From the NCBI GenBank assembly GCA_036569285.1, contig DATCQX010001103.1, positions 19,528 through 83,527 of the forward strand: DNA of 64,000 nucleotides, read 5' to 3'. Under the pieces are notes generated by a model. That model was not told where the DNA came from, did no database searches, and saw only the letters and a list, made by a program, of their open reading frames with translations. A program made the translations under genes and the position numbers. This stretch comes from Streptomyces sp. Lineage in GTDB: Bacteria > Actinomycetota > Actinomycetes > Streptomycetales > Streptomycetaceae. Of this stretch, positions 19,732-28,707 are shown piece by piece (positions within the stretch are counted from its first letter, which is position 1; every line of letters begins with the position of its first letter).

Positions 19732-20781
19732 TCACACGCGGCTGCTCACGCTCCACAGATGCGCCGGCGCCTCCTCGGTCTCACCCAACCGCCAGGGCAG
19801 GCAAGTGACGGCCTCAAGCGCGGCGGCGCCAAGCACCTGCGGGTGGGGACCCGAAGCGCCCAGACGGCGATAACGGCCCCGGGCCGGCCCAGGCCCGGAC
19901 AAGCCCGCCCGCCCGGAATGCAGGGCCGCCCACTGCAGCACCGGCTCCATGGGAAAACTGCCCCGCAGACCCCACGAGGAGAACAGGCCCTGCACGCCCC
20001 GCAGCCAGTCAGCGTCCTGGGCACGGGACAAACTGCCCCGCAGCCGTCGACGCTCCCGCGCCGCCAGAACACCAGCCAGCTGGACGACCTCCGGGTAGGC
20101 CACCAAAGCAGCCACCCGCCGGTCGCTGCCCTTCTTGAGGCCGAGCTGCTGGTGGCGCACCGCCCACGCCAGCGGAACCTGGGCGGTGTGATTCCACCAG
20201 AAGACGGCGATGTGGAACGCGTCCGCGAAGGCGATGCGACCGCCGGCTCCCAGCCGCCGCTCGAGCCGCACACGCTCTAGGTGAGCTGCCAGGACCTCCG
20301 GAACAGGAGTGAGCGGGATGCAGGTCACCCCGTCTTCCCGCAGGTTGTCGGTCCAGCGCCGGTGCCGGGCGCACACCCTCCAGCCGGCCGCCGACACCGC
20401 ATACGCATCCCGGCGTGCCCGCTTGGCCAGCGCGCACAGATCACACACGCGCACCAAGCAGTCACCGACGGGTTCCCAGGGATTGGGGACGTCCCAGCGG
20501 GGCGGCGCACCGTCCGGATCGGGCAGCGGATGCGCGCGCAGCGTGGGCAGCACGTGTTCCAGGACGTCGGTGCGGCATCCCGCCAAGGCGGCCAGCCTGC
20601 CGTGCGCGGCCACGTTCAGGTGTACTTCGCTGAACTCCGGCTCGGGAACGAGCGCATCACCCGCACCGAGCATGGACAGCAGTTCTCGAGGATCGAGCCC
20701 GTTGGTTTCCGCCAGCCGGTGCACGAACGAGTTCGTGGATTCCTCTGCGATGAACCGCAGCCGCCGCGGTAGCGGCTGCAT
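19732..20781 (-). CDS. tniQ: TniQ/TnsD-family target selector (copy 1)
   Basis: LPRRLRFIAEESTNSFVHRLAETNG N-terminus. Zn motifs CDLC and W.VCARHRRW. LVAYPEVV. Confidence 0.82.
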   Translation of the reverse strand: MQPLPRRLRFIAEESTNSFVHRLAETNGLDPRELLSMLGAGDALVPEPEFSEVHLNVAAHGRLAALAGCRTDVLEHVLPTLRAHPLPDPDGAPPRWDVPNPWEPVGDCLVRVCDLCALAKRARRDAYAVSAAGWRVCARHRRWTDNLREDGVTCIPLTPVPEVLAAHLERVRLERRLGAGGRIAFADAFHIAVFWWNHTAQVPLAWAVRHQQLGLKKGSDRRVAALVAYPEVVQLAGVLAARERRRLRGSLSRAQDADWLRGVQGLFSSWGLRGSFPMEPVLQWAALHSGRAGLSGPGPARGRYRRLGASGPHPQVLGAAALEAVTCLPWRLGETEEAPAHLWSVSSRV

Positions 20782-20982
20782 CTCGCTCTCGCCGTCTCCG
20801 CCCTGCAAAGACTCCAACGAACGCCCGGCCAATGTGTTGCCCCTCCTGCTCCACCCGCCCCTGATCTACGGCGGGAGCTTCGCCAACTCTGCTCATTCTG
20901 GCTGGAATTGGAGAGCGTCGCCCAATGATCCACTACGGTTCCCGTGTTCCGGATTCGCCCCCGCAAGGAGAAGCCCCCGGCC

Positions 20983-23262
20983 ATGTCCCTCGCGCTGCGC
21001 CCGCATCAGCAGGAAGCCCTCGCGGCCATCACCGGCGCCTTCGCGAAAGGGGAACGCCGCGTGACCGCCGTCTCCGCATGCGGCACCGGCAAGACACTCA
21101 CCGCGGTGGCGACTGCCCGTCATATCGCCGCAGACGGAAGGGTCCTGGTGGCCGTGCCCACCCTGGAACTGCTGACCCAGACCATTAGGCGCTGGCGCGA
21201 AGGCGGACGCGCCGGCCTCATGGTGGGCCTGTCCTCGATGAGCCAGACCCGCAGCGGCCTGCCCCGGCGCACCGCCCGCATGGTCAAACGGCCCGCAGAC
21301 CTGACCCGCATCGTCGCCGAACAGGACGGCCCCGCAACGGCCTTCGTGACCTACGCGTCCCTGCAGGGACTGCAGGACGCCCACGACATCGGCCAGTTGC
21401 CGGCCTGGGACCTCATCGTCGTGGACGAAGCCCACCGCACATGCATGAGCACCCAAGAGGGCTGGGGAGCCATCCACGACGACCGTGCCATTCCCGCCCG
21501 GCGACGTCTCTACATGACCGCCACGCCCCGCATCTTCACCGCCGGGCTGTGGGACGGCGCCCCCACCGCCGCCATGGACCGCCGCGACATCTTCGGCCCC
21601 ATCGTCTACCGCCTCGGCATGGCTGAGGCGATCGAACGCGGACTCCTCGCCGACTACCAGGTCGTGATGCCCGTGGTCGGCGATAAACAACTGCACGCCA
21701 TCCTCACCCGCAAGCCCCACCTCGATCCGCAGCACGGAGGCCTGCGGGCGGCCGCACTGCAGGTGGCCGTCCTGCGCGCCATCACCGACCACGACCTGCG
21801 ACGCGTTCTTGTCTTCCACAACCGCGTTGACGCAGCCGATGCGTTCTCCCAAGACCTGCCCGGCACCGCCGTCCAGCTCAAGCGGCCCGACCTGCAGGCC
21901 TTTTGGGTCGACGGGACACAACGCGCCGACGAGCGCCGCAGCCGGCTGTCCGACTTCCAGAACGCCGACGGATGCACAGTGCTCAGCAACGTCCGGGTCC
22001 TGGCCGAAGGCATCGACATCCCCGCCATAGACTCCGTGGTCTTCGCCGCACCCCGCAACAGCGTCGTCGACGCCATCCAGGCCATCGGCCGCGCCCTGCG
22101 TCTGGTCCCCGGCCACGGCAAGAAGGCCACCCTCGTGCTGCCCGTCTACCTGCCCGACGGACGGGCCACCGAACAGGCCATGCACGACTCGCAGTTCGAA
22201 GGCATCTACACCATCCTCCAGGCCCTCAGGGCCCACGACGACAGCTTCCTCGACCACATCACCGTGCCCCGCCGCAACCGCCGCCTGAACGGCGGCGGTC
22301 CGCGACGAACCGTCCATTACAACCGCGCCGAACGCGCCCTCCAGGTTGCCCTCGCCCTCGGGCTCGAGATCACGCTGCCCGCCACCGGCTCCTGGCGCGA
22401 CGGCCTGGCCTCAGCCACCCGCTACCACCACGACCACCATCACCTCGATGTCCCCCACACATTCCACGACGACACCGGCTTCGCCCTGGGGGAGTGGATC
22501 AGCAACCAGCGCCTGCGGCACCTGGCCGACCGCCTGCCCAGCGAACACGCCGAAGCCCTCGATGCCCTCGGCATGCTGTGGAGCACCCCCGCCCACACCT
22601 TCACCCGCATCCTCGGCCACGCCCGCGCCTACGTCGCCGCCCACGGACACCTGGCGGCACCCACCGACGCCACCCAGGGCGGCCACCCCATCGGCGCTTG
22701 GCTCGCCGAGTGCCGCAAGAAGGACAACGCCCAAACACTCCCCAAGAACCACGCCGCACAGCTCACCGCCCTCGACCCCTGGTGGAACCCGGGCTGGCCA
22801 CTGACCTGGCGGCGCGCCTACGCTCACGCCAAGGCGCACATCGACGCGGGCGGCCGCGCCGATGTCCCCGGCTCCTTCACCACTCCGGACGGGTTCAAGC
22901 TGGGGCAATGGCTCAGCCGCCAGCGCAACCACTTCGACACCCTCCGCGTCGAACAAGCCAAGCTCTTGATCGGCATCGGCATCACCCCGCACGTCGACAG
23001 CATCCACCCCGAAGCGTTCCGCACCGAACGAGGCCGCGACTTCCGCCGAGGCCTGGTCGCCGCCTCCTGCTACCTCGCCCGCGAAGGCCACCTCGATGTC
23101 CCCCGCCAGCACACCGAAACCGACTGGATAGGCCCCTTCCGGCTCGGCTCCTGGATCGACCACATCCGCCGCACCCCCAACGAACTCACCGATGAAGAAC
23201 GCGCCGCGCTCAACCTCCTCCGCATGGCCTGGGACACGCCCAAGGCCACAGCAGAGCCGTAA
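20983..23262 (+). CDS. ttrA: SF2 DEAD/DEAH helicase with C-terminal helicase-associated (HA) repeats, TtrA-like
   Basis: ACGTGKT, VVDEAHRT, LYMTATPR, EGIDIP and QAIGRALR. Repeated HLDVP..LG.W..QR HA units. Confidence 0.85.
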   Translation: MSLALRPHQQEALAAITGAFAKGERRVTAVSACGTGKTLTAVATARHIAADGRVLVAVPTLELLTQTIRRWREGGRAGLMVGLSSMSQTRSGLPRRTARMVKRPADLTRIVAEQDGPATAFVTYASLQGLQDAHDIGQLPAWDLIVVDEAHRTCMSTQEGWGAIHDDRAIPARRRLYMTATPRIFTAGLWDGAPTAAMDRRDIFGPIVYRLGMAEAIERGLLADYQVVMPVVGDKQLHAILTRKPHLDPQHGGLRAAALQVAVLRAITDHDLRRVLVFHNRVDAADAFSQDLPGTAVQLKRPDLQAFWVDGTQRADERRSRLSDFQNADGCTVLSNVRVLAEGIDIPAIDSVVFAAPRNSVVDAIQAIGRALRLVPGHGKKATLVLPVYLPDGRATEQAMHDSQFEGIYTILQALRAHDDSFLDHITVPRRNRRLNGGGPRRTVHYNRAERALQVALALGLEITLPATGSWRDGLASATRYHHDHHHLDVPHTFHDDTGFALGEWISNQRLRHLADRLPSEHAEALDALGMLWSTPAHTFTRILGHARAYVAAHGHLAAPTDATQGGHPIGAWLAECRKKDNAQTLPKNHAAQLTALDPWWNPGWPLTWRRAYAHAKAHIDAGGRADVPGSFTTPDGFKLGQWLSRQRNHFDTLRVEQAKLLIGIGITPHVDSIHPEAFRTERGRDFRRGLVAASCYLAREGHLDVPRQHTETDWIGPFRLGSWIDHIRRTPNELTDEERAALNLLRMAWDTPKATAEP

Positions 23263-23432
23263 GGGTGCCGTAGCAGGAGACCGCTCGCCCACGCGAAACG
23301 GATGCTGGGCCACCGGCGACCCTCGCCCGGCCACTTCGGTGCGTCGCAACTTCGCCCTCGACGAGGAGCCACGCGACTGATCAACGACTTCGACGCTTTC
23401 AAGGAGGCTGCAGTCGCTGGCGTACCAGCCCG

Positions 23433-24089
23433 TCAATGTGGCGCAAGAGCCGTGATCGGCGGCGTTGGGACATGCAGCGCCGCATGCAGCCCTCGACGGA
23501 CACCCGCCCGGTAGACCTCTCCGGTCGTGGTAACACCGGCAGCCAGGCGCTCGTACTCGGCCTCTGGCGGCCCGTCGCGCGACTGCAGGACAGCGGCGGA
23601 GTAGTCGGCACGCCACTGCCGGAGTCGGCGGATGGACTCCCTCGAGGAGGCCCAGCATCCGGCACGCACCTGTTCTACGAGAGTCGCAGGCAGGGACAAG
23701 GAGAGGCTTTCGGGGTAGCCGCTGACGAGGGCGGCGGGGAGGAGCCCCATGGGTATCTCCTCCCAGTCCACGCCGGTCCAGGAGCGGTCCCAGCCCCGGG
23801 CCTGCAGTTCCTGGCGTATCCCGAAGGCAATCAGAAGGTCCCTCTTGTCCAGGAGGCCGCCGCAGCTGCGCAAGACGTCCAGTGCTTGGCGCTGTTCGCC
23901 CCGCAGGGTGTCCCGCTGTGCAGGCGTCAGCCCCTTAAGTTGCGCCCGATGATGTGCCTTCAACTGCTGGGACCAAGCCTGGTGTCGTTCCAGGCCGCTC
24001 GTCAAGGCAAGGCGGGTGCCCAGCGGGACTCGGACGGTCACCTTCGTCTCGCCGGTGTCCTCGTCCTCCCCGACGTCGCCGTACTCCAC
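23433..24089 (-). CDS. Hypothetical protein downstream of tnsC (possible ribbon-helix-helix-like)
   Basis: AAGGGAAAG before GTG 24089. Two strand-helix-helix-like units (KVTVRVP..., ESLSLSLPATLVEQV). Co-oriented with tnsABC. Confidence 0.55.
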   Translation of the reverse strand: MEYGDVGEDEDTGETKVTVRVPLGTRLALTSGLERHQAWSQQLKAHHRAQLKGLTPAQRDTLRGEQRQALDVLRSCGGLLDKRDLLIAFGIRQELQARGWDRSWTGVDWEEIPMGLLPAALVSGYPESLSLSLPATLVEQVRAGCWASSRESIRRLRQWRADYSAAVLQSRDGPPEAEYERLAAGVTTTGEVYRAGVRRGLHAALHVPTPPITALAPH

Positions 24090-24171
24090 TGATGTTCTTT
24101 CCCTTGCTAGGCCAACGGTGACCAGAGCCCGCTTCTGGGCTGTTTGTCTGCCCGGCCGGTGGTGAGCGGTG

Positions 24172-25227
24172 TCAGATGGTGCGGCTGCGGCCGATGGCCA
24201 GGGTCTCCAGCAGTTCCTCGGTGATGCGCTCTTCCTTGGTCCAGATCGCTTTCTGGGCGCCCTGGGTGACGAGCTGGGACAGGGCCCGCAGGTAGCCCTT
24301 GCTGCGGCGGTGCAGGTACTCATGCAGCCTGGTCAGGTCGTCCGGCTCGTGGCGGTACAGACACAGGTTCTTGTCGAACTTGCGGACGATCTTCGCGAAC
24401 AGCTTGCGGCCCTCCTCGTCGTAGCCGATCCGGCTGGTGCGCAGGCTGGCGTAATCGCCCCAGATCTCCTCGTTGTCGCTCAGCGCGGTTTCCCGGTCAC
24501 GGGTGAGGGGATCGACGATGGAACGGGCGGCACGTCCGGCGAAGACGAAGGTGGCGCCGCTGGTTTCGCTGATCTCTTCCAGGTAGGCGAACGATTCCTC
24601 GGCGTCCGCGCCGGCCCGGAGCTGCTCAATGCCGTCGACGAGGACCAGCAGGGTGGAACTGGCGCGCATGACATGGCAGATGGAACGGGTGGGATCGGTG
24701 CCGCCGTCGTGCTTGAGGCCGAGGAAGGAGGCGAAGGCGGCCGGCCAGTTCCGCCGCCCGCCGCGGGTCAGCGGCGGCACCCGCAGTGCGATCACCGGGA
24801 TGCGGTTCTCGTCCGGCTCGTACAGGCGGGCGATCTTGTTCTCGTAGTGGCGGCCGATGTACTGCAAGATTTCGGTCTTGCCGGTGCCGCGGGGGCCTTC
24901 GATGATGACACCGGGCTTGCCGTGGGTGCGTTCGCGGTTGGACAGCAGGTGCTCGTGGACGATGACCAGGGCATCCCCGACGGCGGGTGTGACCACGGTC
25001 GGCATCAGGGCGTGATAGCGCAGCCGCAGGTCGTTGTCGGCGACCTTCGTGCCGGGCGGTGGGCTGTCCGCGAGGTCCGGCCGGGTCCGGTCCAGCGCGG
25101 CGAAGGTGCGCCAGTTGGTCAGGGTGTTGAGCCACAGCGGACGGGGCGCGTTGAACTGAGGCGTGGGGGCGGGGGAGTCGACCAGCAGACGGATGTCATC
25201 GTCCTCGATGACCGGCGGCTGCATCAT
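24172..25227 (-). CDS. tnsC: TnsC/TniB-like AAA+ ATPase
   Basis: ATG overlaps the tnsB TAA. Walker A GPRGTGKT, IPVIAL, and an atypical Walker B LVLVDG. Confidence 0.82.
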   Translation of the reverse strand: MMQPPVIEDDDIRLLVDSPAPTPQFNAPRPLWLNTLTNWRTFAALDRTRPDLADSPPPGTKVADNDLRLRYHALMPTVVTPAVGDALVIVHEHLLSNRERTHGKPGVIIEGPRGTGKTEILQYIGRHYENKIARLYEPDENRIPVIALRVPPLTRGGRRNWPAAFASFLGLKHDGGTDPTRSICHVMRASSTLLVLVDGIEQLRAGADAEESFAYLEEISETSGATFVFAGRAARSIVDPLTRDRETALSDNEEIWGDYASLRTSRIGYDEEGRKLFAKIVRKFDKNLCLYRHEPDDLTRLHEYLHRRSKGYLRALSQLVTQGAQKAIWTKEERITEELLETLAIGRSRTI

Positions 25228-27608
25228 TACATGTCCTCCTGCGGGGGGTCGGTTTCGGTGGGCAGGTCCAGCAGGAGACGCGCGGCGTCGTCGAGGCCGT
25301 CGTCCAGATCGTCCAGACCCGCCAGGAGCGAGGCCTCTTCGGTGTCTGCGTGGCCGGGAGCCTCCCACCTGGGTACGGCGCCGGCGCCAGCTGCGTCTGC
25401 GGCTGACGGTGCATCGGGGGCGTACAGGCTCGCCTCGTCGAGCTCCAGCACCGTCATCGGTCCCAGCGCGTCCAGGTCGAGCGCGGCCGCACCGGCGAAC
25501 GGATCGAAGTCGCCTTCACCCGGTGGCGCCCACCCTGATTCCAGCCCGGGCAGGGGCCCGTAGCCGTCGGGCACGCTCACCACACCGGGTTCGTCCGGGC
25601 CGTGCCCGGCCCGCTCTAGCAGGTCGGCCAGGACCTGGGCGATGTTTTCGTCGTCGGTGTGGCGGCCGCCGCGCGCCACATGCTCGGCGGTGGCTGTTTC
25701 CCACAGGTGCTGCGTCCATGGGGCGCCGATCAGGTGCTGGTGCTTGAAGACCGCAGTGATCCACTCACCGCTGCGGTGGTCACGCAGCCACACCTGCTCC
25801 GGTGTATAGGGGTTGTAGCGCAGCTCCCACCCGTCGCGCTTCTTGCCCTTCAGCCCCGACGGCTTGTTGCGGACCTCCTCGAGCTCCCCCTTGTAGTTGT
25901 CGTAGGTGCGGTTCCTGAAGCGGATGCCCTCATCACGTACGCCGACCCAGGCGGTGGGCAGCAGCTGCAGATAGTCCTTGAACCCCAGCGGGATTGGCAC
26001 GTAACCGGCCGCCTGCACGCCCGCGGCATATACCTGGTTGGGTGTCAGCGGCGGCAGGTTCGGCTCGTAGGGGTTGCGCAGTTCCTCGTGCGGCCGTGCC
26101 TGCCAGCCGACCGCGATCCATTCCTGCAGCAGATCGTCGAGTTCCTGCAGAGTCCACAGCCGGTCGGGATCGGTCTCCTTGCCGCGGCGGCTGAAGTCCC
26201 GCCCGGTGTAGGAGTTGACGTGCTGGCTGAACAGCGACTTGATCGACTCGAAGGTCCGCTCGACGATCGCCTTGTCCGTCGGGGTGCGCTTGCGCGCCGG
26301 ACGCACGGAGATGCCGAGGTAGGAACAGGCGTCGAAGAAGGTCTGCCCGGCGAAGACCGTGCCGTGGTCGATCACGATCGTCTCCGGCATGATCACCGGC
26401 CGGGCCGCAGCGTGCTCCATCCGCGCATCGACCTCCAGCAACTCCTCGTACGGCAGATCCGAGCGGGCCGCGGATGCCGCCGCATCGAAGCCGGGCCGCA
26501 TCGGAGCTGGCACCATGCACAGCGCCAGCAGCAGCGAGGCGTCCACCGCCTTGGTGGCCCGCCCCTTACTGGTGCCGGTACTGAGCAGCGCCCTCGTCTG
26601 CAGCCGGGTCTTGCGCCGGCCCGGGGTCTTGGGCCGCAGCACGGCGGCGATGATGCTGCGCGTGAACACGTCGATGGCCGCCGTCAGCTCCACCTGCGTG
26701 GGCCGCCCGTCGTCGCCCAACACCTTCACATCCAGCGCCGTGGAGTCGATCTGCACCAGCTCGCCCGGGGCGGTGGCCGTGGTCCCCCCGAACGGCGGCG
26801 CGGGACGGTTGAGCCGGTCCTGGCGGCGCCGGGTGGGATCCCGCAGCTGCAGCGCGTCGATGCCCAGCCGCTTCAGCAACGCATACAGGGTCGGGTCCTT
26901 CGGCACCTTCACCGCAGGGCCCAGACGGGCCCGCACGACGCGCCGCAGGTTCTTGAACAGAGTGCGCGCGTCGGTGGCCGCCTGCTCCTTCGCCTGGCGT
27001 TCGTGCAGGGCCAGCAGCAGGTCCACGACCCGTGAATCGGTGCGCCCGTGCAGCGTGCTTTTGCGGGTGCACCGCTTGTCGACCAGCCCCCAGATGTCCT
27101 CCTTCAAGAAGGCCAGCCGCTTGCGCTGGACCGTCTGCCACGACACCTTCCACTCCAGCACGGCGCTCAGCTCGGCCGCCTTGCGCTGGTAGCGCTCGAC
27201 CAGCGTGAACCGGTCGGGGTCGTAGCCCTCGCGCGGTCTGCTGCCCTCGGGAACCCCGGGCAGCAGACCGGTCTCGACTTCGATGACGTGCCGACGCCAA
27301 GTCCGTGCGTCCCGGGCGCAGTCGGCACTGACACCCTCCAGCATGGACCAGTTCGGCAACGGGTCGGTCGCCAGCGGCCGACCCGTCTCGTCGAGCACGG
27401 CGAAGTCCTCGGCCACGGCCAGGAACTGAATCGCCGCCGCGATCGGGGGCGCCGCGCTGGCCGGGGCAGGAACCAGATGCACCGTCGTGCCCGACAGCGC
27501 CGACACGGTGTACTGGTCGCCCATCCACCGCACCCGGTCCCCGGGCGCCACAATGCCGCGCGGCGCCAGCCCCGACACCTGCGGCCGGCCGGTGAGTACC
27601 TCGCTCAC
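25227..27608 (-). CDS. tnsB: TnsB/Mu-like DDE transposase
   Basis: GTG overlaps the upstream TGA. ELVQIDST, IDVFTR, IVIDHG and KAIVERTF give the DDE triad. Mu-C-terminal-like domain and an acidic tail. Confidence 0.9.
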   Translation of the reverse strand: MSEVLTGRPQVSGLAPRGIVAPGDRVRWMGDQYTVSALSGTTVHLVPAPASAAPPIAAAIQFLAVAEDFAVLDETGRPLATDPLPNWSMLEGVSADCARDARTWRRHVIEVETGLLPGVPEGSRPREGYDPDRFTLVERYQRKAAELSAVLEWKVSWQTVQRKRLAFLKEDIWGLVDKRCTRKSTLHGRTDSRVVDLLLALHERQAKEQAATDARTLFKNLRRVVRARLGPAVKVPKDPTLYALLKRLGIDALQLRDPTRRRQDRLNRPAPPFGGTTATAPGELVQIDSTALDVKVLGDDGRPTQVELTAAIDVFTRSIIAAVLRPKTPGRRKTRLQTRALLSTGTSKGRATKAVDASLLLALCMVPAPMRPGFDAAASAARSDLPYEELLEVDARMEHAAARPVIMPETIVIDHGTVFAGQTFFDACSYLGISVRPARKRTPTDKAIVERTFESIKSLFSQHVNSYTGRDFSRRGKETDPDRLWTLQELDDLLQEWIAVGWQARPHEELRNPYEPNLPPLTPNQVYAAGVQAAGYVPIPLGFKDYLQLLPTAWVGVRDEGIRFRNRTYDNYKGELEEVRNKPSGLKGKKRDGWELRYNPYTPEQVWLRDHRSGEWITAVFKHQHLIGAPWTQHLWETATAEHVARGGRHTDDENIAQVLADLLERAGHGPDEPGVVSVPDGYGPLPGLESGWAPPGEGDFDPFAGAAALDLDALGPMTVLELDEASLYAPDAPSAADAAGAGAVPRWEAPGHADTEEASLLAGLDDLDDGLDDAARLLLDLPTETDPPQEDM

Positions 27609-28345
27609 GCGGCATCCCTCTGCACCGGGCGGCGCATCGCCGACGGCAACCGGCCCGACACACTGATCACGCTGTCCGGCCCCATGGCCCGGTTCCACTC
27701 CATGGCCAACTCCTGCCGCCACAGCAGGTGATACAGCCGCGGCAGCCCCGTGGCCCGCACCCCCTCTTCCAGCACACGCGGCGTGCGGAACGCGGCCTTC
27801 AACGCCTGCTCGACATCCTGGTCGCCGAAGCGGGGATGCCGGTAGCGGGAAACCCACCGCAGATTCGCCAGCGCCATCGGTGCCGGAATCCGCGGCATGC
27901 CCAGCTCCCACCCCGCCTCCTGGCAGGCCTGGCGCAGCACCTGCTGCTGGCGCTGCCACCGCGGGCTCGGTCCGCTCGCCGGGGGACAGGCCACGACCAG
28001 CGTCGCACCCTGAGCGGTGCGGACGAAGAAGTCCGGCACCACGCTGCGTTCCCGGCCCCGAGCACGCCACTTGATCTTCGCAGGCCACGCGGTGAGCTCC
28101 GTCACCGACGGATCGAAGTCCAGCAGCATGGCCACCGCCAGCACGTTCATCGACCGGCAGCCCACATGCCTGCCCGTCGTCGCAGCCCACCACCAGGTGG
28201 CGATACTGCGCTGCGACGGATGGCGGACCGGCCTCCACACCTCGCCCCGCCGAGTCAGCGGGACCGCACCCGCCCGGGCCACAGGGACCGTGATGCTCCT
28301 GCTGCCGTCCTCGATCCGGTGGACGACCTCCAATGCGACAGCCAC
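27605..28345 (-). CDS. tnsA: TnsA-like heteromeric transposase subunit, apparently catalytically degenerate
   Basis: WWWAATTGRHVG, LLDFDPSV, PDFFVR, ANLRW.SRYRHPR and LYHLLW, the actinobacterial TnsA-like pattern. Confidence 0.8.
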   Translation of the reverse strand: MAVALEVVHRIEDGSRSITVPVARAGAVPLTRRGEVWRPVRHPSQRSIATWWWAATTGRHVGCRSMNVLAVAMLLDFDPSVTELTAWPAKIKWRARGRERSVVPDFFVRTAQGATLVVACPPASGPSPRWQRQQQVLRQACQEAGWELGMPRIPAPMALANLRWVSRYRHPRFGDQDVEQALKAAFRTPRVLEEGVRATGLPRLYHLLWRQELAMEWNRAMGPDSVISVSGRLPSAMRRPVQRDAA

Positions 28346-28707
28346 CGTAATTCCTGCTTCCTCTCCGAGCCCCGCATCCGGCCGGGAAGTTCACCACTAC
28401 TGATCCGGACAACCACCTGCAGCAGCAGAGGAGTTGACCCTAGTGCAGGGCGGCGCCACATGATCCTTAATCCGCCATCCAAGCCGTAGAAGCGCCGGCA
28501 ACAACCGCTGCCGTCCAGGTCCAACGGGCATGACGGTCCGCAGCAGGCAGAGCATCTCCCGCAGGACTCCCTCCACCAAGGAAACCTTTTGCCCTGGCTT
28601 GGCTCCTTTGCCCGTCGTGCCTCAGGCGCCGAGCCGCTCCCCGCGCAGTCGCCCCGCGATGACGAGAATCCGACGGGCATGGCACGCGAGCCTGACAGAT
28701 TCGTCGC

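Noticed and set aside
27609-28412. Apparent TnsA-TnsB fusion or 1061-aa TnsB
   Set aside because: The N-terminal extension is a shadow frame over tnsA. The likely true GTG start at 27608 overlaps the tnsA stop.
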